This document shows, one piece after another, positions 1 to 9,983 of a DNA stretch of 64,000 bases (the stretch's first letter is position 1; each line of letters begins with the position of its first letter). Origin of the DNA: a virus. The notes under the pieces were generated by a model. That model was not told where the DNA came from. It searched no databases and saw only the letters and a program-made list of their open reading frames with translations. A program made the translations under genes and the position numbers. Location of the stretch: the IMG/VR virus record IMGVR_UViG_3300027733_000049, positions 10,239 through 74,238 of that record. The stretch is one strand, 5' to 3'.

Positions 1-2
1 CA

Positions 3-653
3 ATTTCTTCTACAGGTAACGCCACTACTTTTGGCATATTGACTGTTTCACGTACTTATATAGGTGGTTGCTCTAATAATACTCGTGGCGTGTTTGGTGC
101 TGGGGATAATGTGTCGGGTAGGCAGAGCGTTATAGACTATATAACAATCGCGACAACTGGTAATGCTACAAACTTTGGCAATCTTTCTAGTGCTCGTTAT
201 GCTCCAGCCGCTTGTGCTAGTGAAACTAGAGGTGTGTGGGGTGGCGGCAATACAGGTTCGGGTACTAATATCATAGACTACGTAACACTTGCTACAACAG
301 GCAACTCTACTAGCTTTGGACAGTTAACAGCCGCTCGTGACTATGTAACCGCTTCTTCTAGCAAAACCAGAGGTGTGTTTGGGGGCGGGTATACTGGCAC
401 TACGCAGTCAAACACAATTGATTACATAACAATTGCTTCCGCAGGGAATGCTACTTCTTTTGGTACTTTAACTGCCGCACGTTCTCAACCAGCAGGTTGT
501 TCTGACGGAAGCCGAGGTGTATTTGGTGGGGGCGACCCTACCGGTGTAGGGAATATCATAGATTATGTCACTATCGCCACTACAGGAAACGCTACAAGTT
601 TTGGTACTATGACGCCTTCTACTGGTGGCCAAGGCGCTTGTTCTGGTAGTTAA
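3..653 (+). CDS. Kelch-like repeat (beta-propeller) tail/receptor-binding protein, 5' truncated
   Basis: Frame is open from base 3; repeated ~45-aa unit RGVFGGG...IDYITIATTGNATxFGxL; lies in the tail cluster. Confidence 0.65.
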   Translation: MSSTGNATTFGILTVSRTYIGGCSNNTRGVFGAGDNVSGRQSVIDYITIATTGNATNFGNLSSARYAPAACASETRGVWGGGNTGSGTNIIDYVTLATTGNSTSFGQLTAARDYVTASSSKTRGVFGGGYTGTTQSNTIDYITIASAGNATSFGTLTAARSQPAGCSDGSRGVFGGGDPTGVGNIIDYVTIATTGNATSFGTMTPSTGGQGACSGS

Positions 654-675
654 AAATTTATAACAGGAGAAATCT

Positions 676-1494
676 TTGAACGATCTAGCACTGCAAAACA
701 TCTCAACCGCTCTGACTACAACCAAGCCAGAGTACAACGTCATGTTGCAAAACATTGACGCTAAATTGCCAGCCGTCCTCAAAGGGGCGTCGAACTTCTA
801 CAAGGGTCATTCCCAGTTCATGAACGTCACACTTGATGTGACCACACTGACACCCTTGCGTTCCATTTATCAATCGCTGGCTGAGATTGAGCAGACCAAG
901 AATGCTCTGCAAGAGAACCACATCAAGATGATGAAGACCGATGTTGAGCGTCGCCGCAAAGAAGCAAAGCTGGCTGAAACCACTGATCCGTTTGACCGTG
1001 AGTTGCTAGAGCTTGAGATTCTGGAAGCCAAGTCTGGCGCTGTGAACACCCAGAACTACATGGAAGGTGCAGTGCGTAAGCTGAACTTCTTCATGAACCA
1101 GTACGACAACATCCTCAAGAAGATTGGCAAAACCGAGATTACTGAGGAAGACTACGAGTTGGAAGAGAAGCGGTATCACGTTATGACCTGCATGAAGCAA
1201 GGATTGAACGCCGCTCGTGCGCGTGGTGGTGTGATTGACGAAGGCAACATGATTTACTTGTTTGACTTGGGTATTAACGCCGCTCAAGCGCAAGCCGAAG
1301 TCTTTGCCTACCTGACGATGGAAAACGAGATGATCTCCAATGGTCAACCCCCTACGCATGAAATGACTGTCCAGTGGTTAGAAGCCTGCGCCGACAAGTT
1401 CCAAGACTGTGCCGAAAAGTTTGCCGCTAACCGTGGCTTTGTGGTGCTGGATCGCCAGTCATTGACCAACACTCAGTTGTTGGAGTCCAAATAA
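676..1494 (+). CDS. hypothetical coiled-coil protein
   Basis: 272-aa ORF, TTG start after AGGAG RBS, coupled to next gene (TAATG). Confidence 0.75.
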   Translation: MNDLALQNISTALTTTKPEYNVMLQNIDAKLPAVLKGASNFYKGHSQFMNVTLDVTTLTPLRSIYQSLAEIEQTKNALQENHIKMMKTDVERRRKEAKLAETTDPFDRELLELEILEAKSGAVNTQNYMEGAVRKLNFFMNQYDNILKKIGKTEITEEDYELEEKRYHVMTCMKQGLNAARARGGVIDEGNMIYLFDLGINAAQAQAEVFAYLTMENEMISNGQPPTHEMTVQWLEACADKFQDCAEKFAANRGFVVLDRQSLTNTQLLESK

Positions 1495-2201
1495 TGCACT
1501 TAGTCATTGGTACACCAATGTATGGTGGGATGTGCTGTAGCGAGTACACACAGTCCCTGCTTCAGTTACAGAGTGACATGGAGCGAAACGGCCACAAGAT
1601 GACCTGCGTATTTTTGGGCAATGAGTCTTTGATTCAACGCGCCCGTAATACAGTGGCCCACCATTTCTTACAGACTGATGCAAGCCATCTTTTGTTTATT
1701 GACGCTGACCAAAAGTTTCGCCCAGTAGATATTGTCAAGATGATCCAAGCAGATAAGGACATCATTGCTGGCTGCGTTCCCATGAAGGGCATCAACTGGA
1801 CTCGGGTGCGTCAGGGCGCTGTGTTAAACCACAAAGAACTGCACAAGCTAACTGGTATCTTTAATATCAATCCGCTGGAAGGCCACAAGATGGTTCATCC
1901 AGAAGAGCCGTTCCAAGTCAAACATGCTGGCACAGGATTTATGTTGATTAAACGTGAGGTTTTTGAGACACTCAAGCCATACTCTGCCGTTTACACAAAT
2001 GGTGGGCAGTCCATCCCTGATGGCGAAGAGGTCTATGACTTTTTCCCTGTGGGCGTGACTGATGGTAAGTTGTTATCAGAGGATTTTAATTTCTGCCACC
2101 TTTACCGCGAACACGGTGGCACTGTTTGGGCCGCACCTTGGTGTGAACTTGGACATTTTGGTTCGTATCTTTTCAGTGGGCAATACTCACAAGGAGCATG
2201 A
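1494..2201 (+). CDS. GT-A fold (GT2-like) glycosyltransferase
   Basis: IGTPMYGG, ESLIQRARN, LLFIDAD (DxD), GTGFMLIKR, LSEDFNFC motifs. Confidence 0.75.
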   Translation: MHLVIGTPMYGGMCCSEYTQSLLQLQSDMERNGHKMTCVFLGNESLIQRARNTVAHHFLQTDASHLLFIDADQKFRPVDIVKMIQADKDIIAGCVPMKGINWTRVRQGAVLNHKELHKLTGIFNINPLEGHKMVHPEEPFQVKHAGTGFMLIKREVFETLKPYSAVYTNGGQSIPDGEEVYDFFPVGVTDGKLLSEDFNFCHLYREHGGTVWAAPWCELGHFGSYLFSGQYSQGA

Positions 2202-2202
2202 C

Positions 2203-2544
2203 ATGGCACGTCAAATGATGAAATACCGCCTGACAGCCGAAGGCACAATTCCAGACTTCCTATACCTTGGCGAAGATGGTGTAGGTGGTGTTTATGGTGT
2301 TGCTGACCCTGCAACCCCTTGGCCTCGTGACTTGGTGCAAGTTGGCATCACAAACGATAACGCTACTGGCGATTTTGAGGTCATCCCAACCAAAGCTGAC
2401 CTGTTGGCGTATTTGACATCAGTTAGCGGAAGCTGGACACAGCGCGATCCAGCGAACCCCGGCGATCCAAATGCCACCATTCCTTTTGATCCTTCAGCCG
2501 CTACAGACTGGGCATGGGGTCGTTTAGACGCTCTTAACGCCTAA
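2203..2544 (+). CDS. hypothetical protein
   Basis: ATG at 2203 after AAGGAG; more plausible than the track start at 2062. Confidence 0.7.
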   Translation: MARQMMKYRLTAEGTIPDFLYLGEDGVGGVYGVADPATPWPRDLVQVGITNDNATGDFEVIPTKADLLAYLTSVSGSWTQRDPANPGDPNATIPFDPSAATDWAWGRLDALNA

Positions 2545-2553
2545 TCATGCGTA

Positions 2554-2841
2554 ATGCGCTGGCTCCTTCTGTTACTGCTGTTGGGGCTAGTGGGAGCCGT
2601 AGCCAAGAACGGGTGTTACGTTCGGGAGTTCTATGGAATAGGTTACACATTTCACAACCCGACCGAGCGACACCAAGAGATGGTAGCGTGGCTAGGCAAA
2701 AATGCGCCCTACTGCAAGTCAACGGATTACGTGGTGATTTACAACAATCTGAGCGAATGGGCGGGGACAGCAGACTCAACAAAGATTAGAGAATTAGTCA
2801 TACACGGATACAAAGAGGCACTTGAGCGTGAAAAAAAATGA
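2554..2841 (+). CDS. hypothetical secreted/membrane protein
   Basis: Hydrophobic signal-like N terminus; ATGA overlap with next ORF. Confidence 0.6.
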   Translation: MRWLLLLLLLGLVGAVAKNGCYVREFYGIGYTFHNPTERHQEMVAWLGKNAPYCKSTDYVVIYNNLSEWAGTADSTKIRELVIHGYKEALEREKK

Positions 2842-3074
2842 TCGAGACAATCAGATTATTCCCAACTGTTCAAGCGTCAGGGTATCCAGACATGCACGAC
2901 CTTGCCCAGAAGAAGCTGGAGAAACAGCATGAAATTAACAAGGCTCTTGAGCTTGCCAAGCAAAAGCAGGTGCAGTTACAAGACATAGGTTTTGAGATTT
3001 ACTGTAAGAAGGTAACGCAAGAGCGCATCCGTATGGAAATATTTACCAACCGCAAACTGGACGTATACGCATAA
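2838..3074 (+). CDS. hypothetical protein
   Basis: Translationally coupled on both sides. Confidence 0.55.
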   Translation: MIETIRLFPTVQASGYPDMHDLAQKKLEKQHEINKALELAKQKQVQLQDIGFEIYCKKVTQERIRMEIFTNRKLDVYA

Positions 3075-3778
3075 TGGTTACAAAAAAAGCCCCAGCCAAG
3101 GTAGCGCCAGTCAAACGGCGTACACCTAAACCCAAGGTAGAAGTCGTTGCCGCCCCTGCGCCCAAACCTGAAGTCAAGAAAGATGACTCTACCATTGGTA
3201 AAGTAATCGGTTTAATTGAATGGGTGGACAATCCATTCAAGCTGTTTACAGTCATCTTGTTGTCGTTCTTGTTCTTTGCTGGGTACTTTGCTTGGGATTC
3301 CCGCACAGTCATCTTGAACGCCATAACAAGCTCAAGTCACCAGCCACAGCTTAAAGAGATCAAGGTGTTAGAGCACGTAGCTCAAAAGCTACAAAAAGAC
3401 TTAGAAGCTGAAACGGTGTTGGTTCACAAAGTAACGCTTGTTGTAAATAGCAGGGTTACGCTACTTGCGTATGGCCCAAAGGGTCGAGACACCACATTGG
3501 ATGGCTATAACTCCACTCTGTTTGGCAAAGATGCTACCCGTAATGCCGCCGTCATTGCCATGATGAATGGTGAAGTTCATTGCGATAAACTGGTTGTCTC
3601 TGGTAAAACATCCGATTGGGAAGAAAAACAAGGTGTAGGCTTTATCTGCCGTGGCAGTATCCCGCCTGAGATGGGCGCATTTGAAGGTTATATCTCTGTG
3701 GGCTTTACCAAAGAACCGCAAGACCTTGGCGCTGTTAAAACCCGTATCAACCTAGCTGCTACAGAAATGGCTAAATAA
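3074..3778 (+). CDS. membrane-anchored hypothetical protein (lysis region)
   Basis: Basic N terminus, one TM helix (LFTVILLSFLFFAGYFAW), soluble C-terminal domain. Confidence 0.65.
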   Translation: MVTKKAPAKVAPVKRRTPKPKVEVVAAPAPKPEVKKDDSTIGKVIGLIEWVDNPFKLFTVILLSFLFFAGYFAWDSRTVILNAITSSSHQPQLKEIKVLEHVAQKLQKDLEAETVLVHKVTLVVNSRVTLLAYGPKGRDTTLDGYNSTLFGKDATRNAAVIAMMNGEVHCDKLVVSGKTSDWEEKQGVGFICRGSIPPEMGAFEGYISVGFTKEPQDLGAVKTRINLAATEMAK

Positions 3779-3787
3779 GGAGTAATC

Positions 3788-4282
3788 ATGCTTGATATTT
3801 TATCTGGGGGCTTAATGGGTTCCATCTTTGGTGGGCTGTTTCGTATGGCCCCCGAGGTGCTGAAGTTTTTTGACAAGAAAAATGAGCGCCAGCATGAGCT
3901 TGCTATGTTTGCCCGTCAATGCGAACTAGAAACACTTCGTGGTCAGCAGAAGTTGGCTGAGATTGGGGCACAGCGGGAAGCCGCTATGGACGTTGGTGTC
4001 ATGGATGCCTTCAATAACGCCATCACTCAACAAGCCGAAATGGTCAAAGCCGCAGGCGGTTGGGTAGCTAGTCTTTCAGCTTCCGTGCGTCCCGTGGTCA
4101 CATACTGGGTGCTGTTTGTTTGGTCGTTCATTCACGTATGGTTTGCATGGAACGCATGGGTTGCTGGTGCGCCTGCTGTAGAAGTGTTTAAGACCATGAT
4201 GACCCCTGACTTTTCAGCCCTGCTGTCTGGAACTATCAATTATTGGTTCCTTGATAGAACTCTGAAGCAACGCGGAATATGA
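3788..4282 (+). CDS. putative holin (3TM-holin-like)
   Basis: AAGGAG RBS; SVRPVVTY...YWFLDRTL with TM segments; directly upstream of lysozyme. Confidence 0.6.
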   Translation: MLDILSGGLMGSIFGGLFRMAPEVLKFFDKKNERQHELAMFARQCELETLRGQQKLAEIGAQREAAMDVGVMDAFNNAITQQAEMVKAAGGWVASLSASVRPVVTYWVLFVWSFIHVWFAWNAWVAGAPAVEVFKTMMTPDFSALLSGTINYWFLDRTLKQRGI

Positions 4283-4722
4283 ACCTAGAACTAGCCGCTG
4301 AACTGTGCCGCCGGTATGAAGGATATCGGGCCAAGCCCTATCTTTGTCCGGCTGGTGTAGCTACGATTGGCTACGGCTCTACCTACTACGCAGATAAACG
4401 CAAGGTGACTTTGGAAGACGCTCCGATGGATGAACCCACGGCTAGGGCGCTTTTGATGATTGAGCTTGAGCACACGTACCTGCCCGGAGTTCTGCGTAAC
4501 TGCCCCGGCCTGATTACGGACGTTCGTAAGTGCAATGCCATCGTAGATTTCTGCTATAACTTGGGCACAGGACGCTTGCAAACAAGCACGTTAAAGAGGA
4601 AAATCAATGCCAATGATTGGGAAGGGGCAAAAGAACAACTGATGCTCTGGACTAAAGGTGGCGGCAAGGTATTGCCGGGCTTGTTAAAACGCCGCACGGC
4701 TGAGTGCGCACTGCTGGACTAA
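4279..4722 (+). CDS. endolysin, GH24 lysozyme
   Basis: YEG...YLCPAGVATIGYG, FCYNLG, W...GGKVLPGLLKRRTAE. Confidence 0.9.
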   Translation: MNLELAAELCRRYEGYRAKPYLCPAGVATIGYGSTYYADKRKVTLEDAPMDEPTARALLMIELEHTYLPGVLRNCPGLITDVRKCNAIVDFCYNLGTGRLQTSTLKRKINANDWEGAKEQLMLWTKGGGKVLPGLLKRRTAECALLD

Positions 4723-4724
4723 AA

Positions 4725-6842
4725 ATGCCATTACAAAAAATACTGTTCAAACCGGGTGTGAACAAAGAGAACACTCGCTACACCAATGAAGGTGGCTGGT
4801 ACGAAGCCGACAAGGTTCGTTTTCGTCAGGGTAATCCCGAAGTTGTTGGTGGATGGGAGCCTTACTCTGCGGCTACGTACCAAGGCGTATGCCGGTCTTT
4901 ATGGAATTGGGTAACGCTAGGTGGCAATAATTTAATTGGCGTTGGCACAAACCTCAAGTTCTATCTAAACCAAGGCGGGTTGTATAACGACATCACACCT
5001 ATTCGGGCATCTAGCACAATTAACAACAACCCGTTTGCAGCTACAAATGGCTCTGCCACAATCACAGTAACAGATACAAGTCATGGCGCTATTACAGGTG
5101 ATTTTGTTACGTTCAGTGGGGCTGTTAGTCTTGGTGGAAACATTACAGCTACGGTGTTAAACGCTGAGTATCAAATAACAGTTCTTACTGCAAACACATA
5201 CACATTCACAGCGTCAGCTACAGCCAATGCAACGGATGCTTCTGGTTCTCCCGGTGGCGGTGCTTCTGTTGTAGCCGCATATCAGGTCAGTGTTGGCCCC
5301 GCTATTCCTGTTGCAATTATAGGTTGGGGCGCTGGTACTTGGGGTCAGACGGCTACAACGTGGGGCAACGGCGGTACATCTACATCAGCGCTACGTTTGT
5401 GGAACCAAATTAACTATGGCCAAGATTTAGTGTACGGCCCCCGCACAGGTGGCATTTACTACTGGACTGCCAACAACGGCGTCACTACCCGTGGGGTTCT
5501 TTTAAACTCGCTTGGCGGTAATGTTTCGTTTACAAGCGCTTCTCCTACAGTTGTAACCTCAACTGTTCTATATACCGAAGGCGCGGCGCTTCAGTTTGCT
5601 GCTACTACATCTTTACCCACAGGTATCTCTGCGGCTACAACATACTACGTGTTTGAAGTTAATGGGTTGACGTTCAAACTGCTTGATGCAGCGGGGGCAG
5701 CAGTTAATACATCTTCCACAGGCACGGGTGTATATGTGTCTTTGATTGTGGATGTGCCGACTGTGCAAAACAATTTCACGGTGTCTGACAGTTCGCGTTT
5801 TGTAATTGCATTTGGCTGTAACGATTATGGCTCAAACGTGCTTGACCCTATGCTGATCCGCTGGTCAGCGCAAGACGACATCTATAACTGGACACCTGAC
5901 CCTACCAATCAGGCAGGGTTTATACGTATTTCTCACGGCTCTGAAATTGTAGGCGTTGTACAAACTCGTCAAGAAATTGTGATGTTTACCGACTCAGCTG
6001 TGTACTCACTCCAGTACCTTGGCCCCCCGTACGTGTGGGTACCGCAGTTGCTTGGCGACAACATCTCTATTATGAGTCCTAACTCGGCTGTGATTGCTTC
6101 GGGCGTTGTGTACTGGATGGGCGTAGATAAATTCTACGTCTACGATGGCCGCGTCAATACGCTTAATTGTGACTTGCGCCGTTACGTATTCCAAGATTTA
6201 AACCAAGAGCAGGCATTACAAGTATTCTCTGGCACCAACGAAGGCTTTAATGAGGTCTGGTGGTTCTACTGCTCGGCTAATAGCACTGCGGTTGACAGGT
6301 ACGTTATTTACAATTACCAAGAAAAAATCTGGTACTACGGCACTATGTCTCGGACTGCTTGGCTTGACTCTGGGTTACAGGATGTTCCTATTGCGGCAAA
6401 CTACGTCACGGCTTCGCTCACGGGTAACCTGATTAACCACGAAACAGGCTTAAATGACAATACGTCCGGCACTGCTACTGCAATTGATGCTTACATTAGC
6501 TCGTCTGAGTTTGACATTGGTGACGGCCATAACTTTGGTTTTGTGTGGCGCGTTTTACCTGACTTAAGTTTTGAGAACGCTACTAACACTCCTGCCGCTG
6601 TTGCTCCACGGGTAACCATGACGCTGTACGGTTTGAATAACTCAGGCTCTGGAACGACAAGCAGTGCTAACGGCACAGTTGTAAAGGGTAGCACGTACGT
6701 GATTACCGAAGAATTTACAGGCCAGATATTTACCCGCATGCGCGGTCGCCAGATGATCTTTAAGATTAGCTCAAATCAAGTTAACACTTGTTGGCAACTG
6801 GGTGCTCCCCGTATTGACATCAGACCAGACGGCAGACGTTAA
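4725..6842 (+). CDS. tail tube/nozzle (DNA stabilisation, P22 gp10-like) protein
   Basis: Beta-rich ~705 aa; IRWS..QDD, YWMG..KFYVYDG, EVWWFY motifs; precedes the ejection proteins. Confidence 0.6.
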   Translation: MPLQKILFKPGVNKENTRYTNEGGWYEADKVRFRQGNPEVVGGWEPYSAATYQGVCRSLWNWVTLGGNNLIGVGTNLKFYLNQGGLYNDITPIRASSTINNNPFAATNGSATITVTDTSHGAITGDFVTFSGAVSLGGNITATVLNAEYQITVLTANTYTFTASATANATDASGSPGGGASVVAAYQVSVGPAIPVAIIGWGAGTWGQTATTWGNGGTSTSALRLWNQINYGQDLVYGPRTGGIYYWTANNGVTTRGVLLNSLGGNVSFTSASPTVVTSTVLYTEGAALQFAATTSLPTGISAATTYYVFEVNGLTFKLLDAAGAAVNTSSTGTGVYVSLIVDVPTVQNNFTVSDSSRFVIAFGCNDYGSNVLDPMLIRWSAQDDIYNWTPDPTNQAGFIRISHGSEIVGVVQTRQEIVMFTDSAVYSLQYLGPPYVWVPQLLGDNISIMSPNSAVIASGVVYWMGVDKFYVYDGRVNTLNCDLRRYVFQDLNQEQALQVFSGTNEGFNEVWWFYCSANSTAVDRYVIYNYQEKIWYYGTMSRTAWLDSGLQDVPIAANYVTASLTGNLINHETGLNDNTSGTATAIDAYISSSEFDIGDGHNFGFVWRVLPDLSFENATNTPAAVAPRVTMTLYGLNNSGSGTTSSANGTVVKGSTYVITEEFTGQIFTRMRGRQMIFKISSNQVNTCWQLGAPRIDIRPDGRR

Positions 6843-7492
6843 TGACAACAAACAACCGGATTATTAACCCAGCGCCTCCTAACCTGCCGCTGAGCACGGA
6901 TCAGTATGACCGCCGCTATCAAGATCAGTTTTTAAATATCCTGCGTTTGTACTTTAACCAGCTACAAAACTCTTTGACAGAACTGCTGGGCAACACAGGC
7001 GGCAAATACATTGCGTTTCCTTACGGGGCGTTTCAAGATTCCACAGATCAAACAGCCGCTAGCACAACTGTTGCCTATCCGGTCACATTTAACACCACAG
7101 ACTTTTCAAATGGTGTGACTGTAGCCAGCAATAGCAAAATTACTGTGGCTTATGCTGGAATATGGAACTTACAGTTTTCCATTCAACTGACAAACACTAC
7201 AAACGCTTCTCAAGACGTAGACATTTGGTTTCGGGTCAATGGCACAAACGTGGCTAATTCAAACAGCCGTTTTGGTTTAGCCGCAAGAAAATCTCCCGGT
7301 GATCCATACCACATTATTGCGGCGCTTAATTATTTTGTAAGTTTAAATGCAACTGACTATGTTGAGATAGTGTGGAGAACGACTGATACGGGTGTTTCTA
7401 TTGAGCAATATCCCGCCAGTGCCAGCCCCACACGACCAGCAATTCCATCAGCCATTGCCACACTTTCGTTTGTGTCTGCGCTCCCAGCATGA
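6842..7492 (+). CDS. tail-associated protein with beta-sandwich C terminus
   Basis: PPNLP...LRLYFNQL N terminus followed by a C1q/jelly-roll-like beta region. Confidence 0.55.
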   Translation: MTTNNRIINPAPPNLPLSTDQYDRRYQDQFLNILRLYFNQLQNSLTELLGNTGGKYIAFPYGAFQDSTDQTAASTTVAYPVTFNTTDFSNGVTVASNSKITVAYAGIWNLQFSIQLTNTTNASQDVDIWFRVNGTNVANSNSRFGLAARKSPGDPYHIIAALNYFVSLNATDYVEIVWRTTDTGVSIEQYPASASPTRPAIPSAIATLSFVSALPA

Positions 7493-7526
7493 TATTATTA
7501 AATAACCCCCATTTTGAGAGGCAAAA

Positions 7527-9983
7527 ATGAGCCTACAACACGCTGCCCATCATTTAGCGTCACAAGGTCGTGGACCTGACGATACGCTCGTCCATATGTC
7601 CCACCGTGAAGTGCGGAGCCTACAAGATATTGCACGGGCAAATGGCGGTTCGTTGACCATTAATCCTGAGACTGGCCTTGTTGAAGCTGGGTTCTTGACT
7701 AACCTTTTGCCTATGATTGCAGGGGCAGCTTTGACGGCAACTGGGGTTGGTGCGCCTTTAGCGGCTTTGATGGTGGGCGGGTTCCAAACTGCTCGTACTG
7801 GCAGTTTAGAAAAAGGTCTCATGGCGGGACTTGGGGCTTATGGTGGCGCTGGGTTAGCGGGTGGACTGTCTGCTTCCGCTGGGGCGGCAGAAGCTGCTAA
7901 TCCTGCTGCAAACCTTGCAGGTAAAGCTGTTCCTCCAATTGAACAAATTAACCCCTCTAATGCGTTATCAGTAACTGATAAACTTAAATATGGTATTCAG
8001 GGTCTTGGCACGGAAACAGGACGCAATGCCGCTCTTAATGCAATGGGTGGTGGGTTTGGAGCCGCTAAAACCGCAGGTATGGCGTTAGCCCCCGTACTTA
8101 CAGACACTGGCGATCAAAAAGCCCCGCCTTCAGACAACGAGCAGTACAACTTTGAGTACGATCCCGGACGTGTGGAAAACCCTGATGAAGGGTATACAGG
8201 CGCATTTACTGGCGAACGTACGCACTTTAAACCAAGCTATACACGACTACCTAATACCAGAGTGACTGGGATGCGTGATGGCGGTCCAGCTTATTCTGAC
8301 GACAGTGGCGTTTCATTTTATGACGACGATGAAAATGTAAAAAGATATGCAGGTGAGACTGGTAGCGTAGTTAAAGACGACAAAGATAAAGCAGTCGGTA
8401 TACAAGGGGCCGCTGCCGCCAAAAACTACGTACCGTTTGAATATCCAGCAACAGCAGCGCAACCTGCCGGAAGCGTCCAACCTGTTGCAGCAAATCCGTT
8501 TTACACAATGACGGGCCAATCTGCTGATGCGTACAGATACTTGATGGGTTTAGGACCGCAAACAAAAGGCCCAACTGTAGTTAAACCGCCTGTTATTACA
8601 GACGCTCCCGTGACTACTGAAAAACCCGTAGTCACTACAAGACCAGTTGTTACATTAGGTCCAGTAATTACTACTCCGTTTGAGACGTTTACGGAAGAAG
8701 AAACGACCGGTGAGTTGACTACCTTTGAAGACGATACAACCGAGGAAGAAACAACCGAGGAAGAAGAAACGACCGGTGAGTTGACTACCTTTGAAGACGA
8801 TACAACCGAGGAAGAAGAAACGACCACTGAAGAAGAATACACAACCAGTGAGTTGACTACCTTTGAAGATGATACAACCGAAGAAGAAACGACCACTGAA
8901 GAAGAATACACAACCGAAGAAACTACGCTTTCTATTTATAGAGAACCAACTGTCACTATTGGTGACCCCAATATAACAATAGAGGACTTTACGTTTCCAG
9001 ACTTTACGGTAGAACAAGTTACCGTAGACAAAACTGACAAATCTTTTTGGGATGATCCTAATTTGGTAGACGTTGGTCCTTCAAGAGGCTTAATTAAAAA
9101 TCAAGAAGAATTAGATGAATCATTTGACAAATATTTAGCAACTAATACAGATAGTCTTTTTGGAGGTTGTCCTGCGCCTTGGATCAACATTTTGATGGCG
9201 GACGGGGGCCTTGTAAAAGCTGGCGACATTAAACCCGGTATGCAAGTCTATACACGGCATGAAACCACCAATGAGTGGGGCGTCTACCCTGTGACTGCTA
9301 TGGAGATGGGTGAAGACAATCGCTGGGAAGTGGTGTTAGAAGACGGACGTATTTTTGTTGGTACGTTCAACCACCGCGTGCATACTGATGATAACTGGAC
9401 TGAGATTCGTAATCTAAAAGCAGGTGACAAACTTGTTCAGCCAGAAGGCTTTGGAATTGTTAAATCTAACAAAGAATTAGACCACGGCCCAGTTGTCAAA
9501 ATTACTGTTGCTGATGCGCATACATATATTTCTGAAGGCTTCCTGTCACACAATGTAAAAATTATGGATGGTTATGATTTAGACGGGAGTTTTGATTTCC
9601 GTGGCGGTTCTGGCGGGGGCGGTAAGTACTATGACGATTTTAGTAGCCAAGCCATGGCTGCTGGTGGTATGACGTCCCCAATGATTCGTGGTCTAAGTGA
9701 TCTTGGTGGCTACTCCGATGGTGGTCGTCTGTTACGTGGCCCCGGCGATGGTGTATCTGACAGCATCCCTGCAACAATTGGTGGCAAACAACCTGCACGC
9801 CTAGCTGATGGTGAGTTTGTAATTCCGGCACGGATTGTGTCTGAATTGGGTAACGGCTCAACCGAAGCTGGCGCACGTAAACTGTACGCCATGATGGAGC
9901 GTATCCAAGCTGCCCGTGGCAAAACAGTTGGTAAAAACCGTGTGGCTGCAAATTCGCGTGCTGATAGGCATCTGCCCGTATGA
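7527..9983 (+). CDS. ejected/internal virion (DNA transfer) protein with acidic repeat and Hint domain
   Basis: Gly/Ala hydrophobic N terminus; Thr/Glu repeat; Hint C548-N676; C-terminal GPGDGVSDSIPA..LADGEFVIPA domain. Confidence 0.7.
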   Translation: MSLQHAAHHLASQGRGPDDTLVHMSHREVRSLQDIARANGGSLTINPETGLVEAGFLTNLLPMIAGAALTATGVGAPLAALMVGGFQTARTGSLEKGLMAGLGAYGGAGLAGGLSASAGAAEAANPAANLAGKAVPPIEQINPSNALSVTDKLKYGIQGLGTETGRNAALNAMGGGFGAAKTAGMALAPVLTDTGDQKAPPSDNEQYNFEYDPGRVENPDEGYTGAFTGERTHFKPSYTRLPNTRVTGMRDGGPAYSDDSGVSFYDDDENVKRYAGETGSVVKDDKDKAVGIQGAAAAKNYVPFEYPATAAQPAGSVQPVAANPFYTMTGQSADAYRYLMGLGPQTKGPTVVKPPVITDAPVTTEKPVVTTRPVVTLGPVITTPFETFTEEETTGELTTFEDDTTEEETTEEEETTGELTTFEDDTTEEEETTTEEEYTTSELTTFEDDTTEEETTTEEEYTTEETTLSIYREPTVTIGDPNITIEDFTFPDFTVEQVTVDKTDKSFWDDPNLVDVGPSRGLIKNQEELDESFDKYLATNTDSLFGGCPAPWINILMADGGLVKAGDIKPGMQVYTRHETTNEWGVYPVTAMEMGEDNRWEVVLEDGRIFVGTFNHRVHTDDNWTEIRNLKAGDKLVQPEGFGIVKSNKELDHGPVVKITVADAHTYISEGFLSHNVKIMDGYDLDGSFDFRGGSGGGGKYYDDFSSQAMAAGGMTSPMIRGLSDLGGYSDGGRLLRGPGDGVSDSIPATIGGKQPARLADGEFVIPARIVSELGNGSTEAGARKLYAMMERIQAARGKTVGKNRVAANSRADRHLPV
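8694..8926 (+). repeat. in-frame tandem repeat encoding (G/S)ELTTFEDDTTEEETT
   Basis: GTGAGTTGACTACCTTTGAAGA at 8710, 8776 and 8848 (66- and 72-nt spacing). Confidence 0.9.
9168..9554 (+). other. Hint (intein-like, BIL-type) autoprocessing domain
   Basis: Starts CPAPWINILMADG, block B T-F-N-H, ends HTYISEGFLSHN; +1 residue is Val. Confidence 0.8.

Noticed and set aside
9168-9557. Classical splicing intein / mobile element
   Set aside because: The +1 residue is Val and there is no endonuclease; reported as a BIL-type Hint instead
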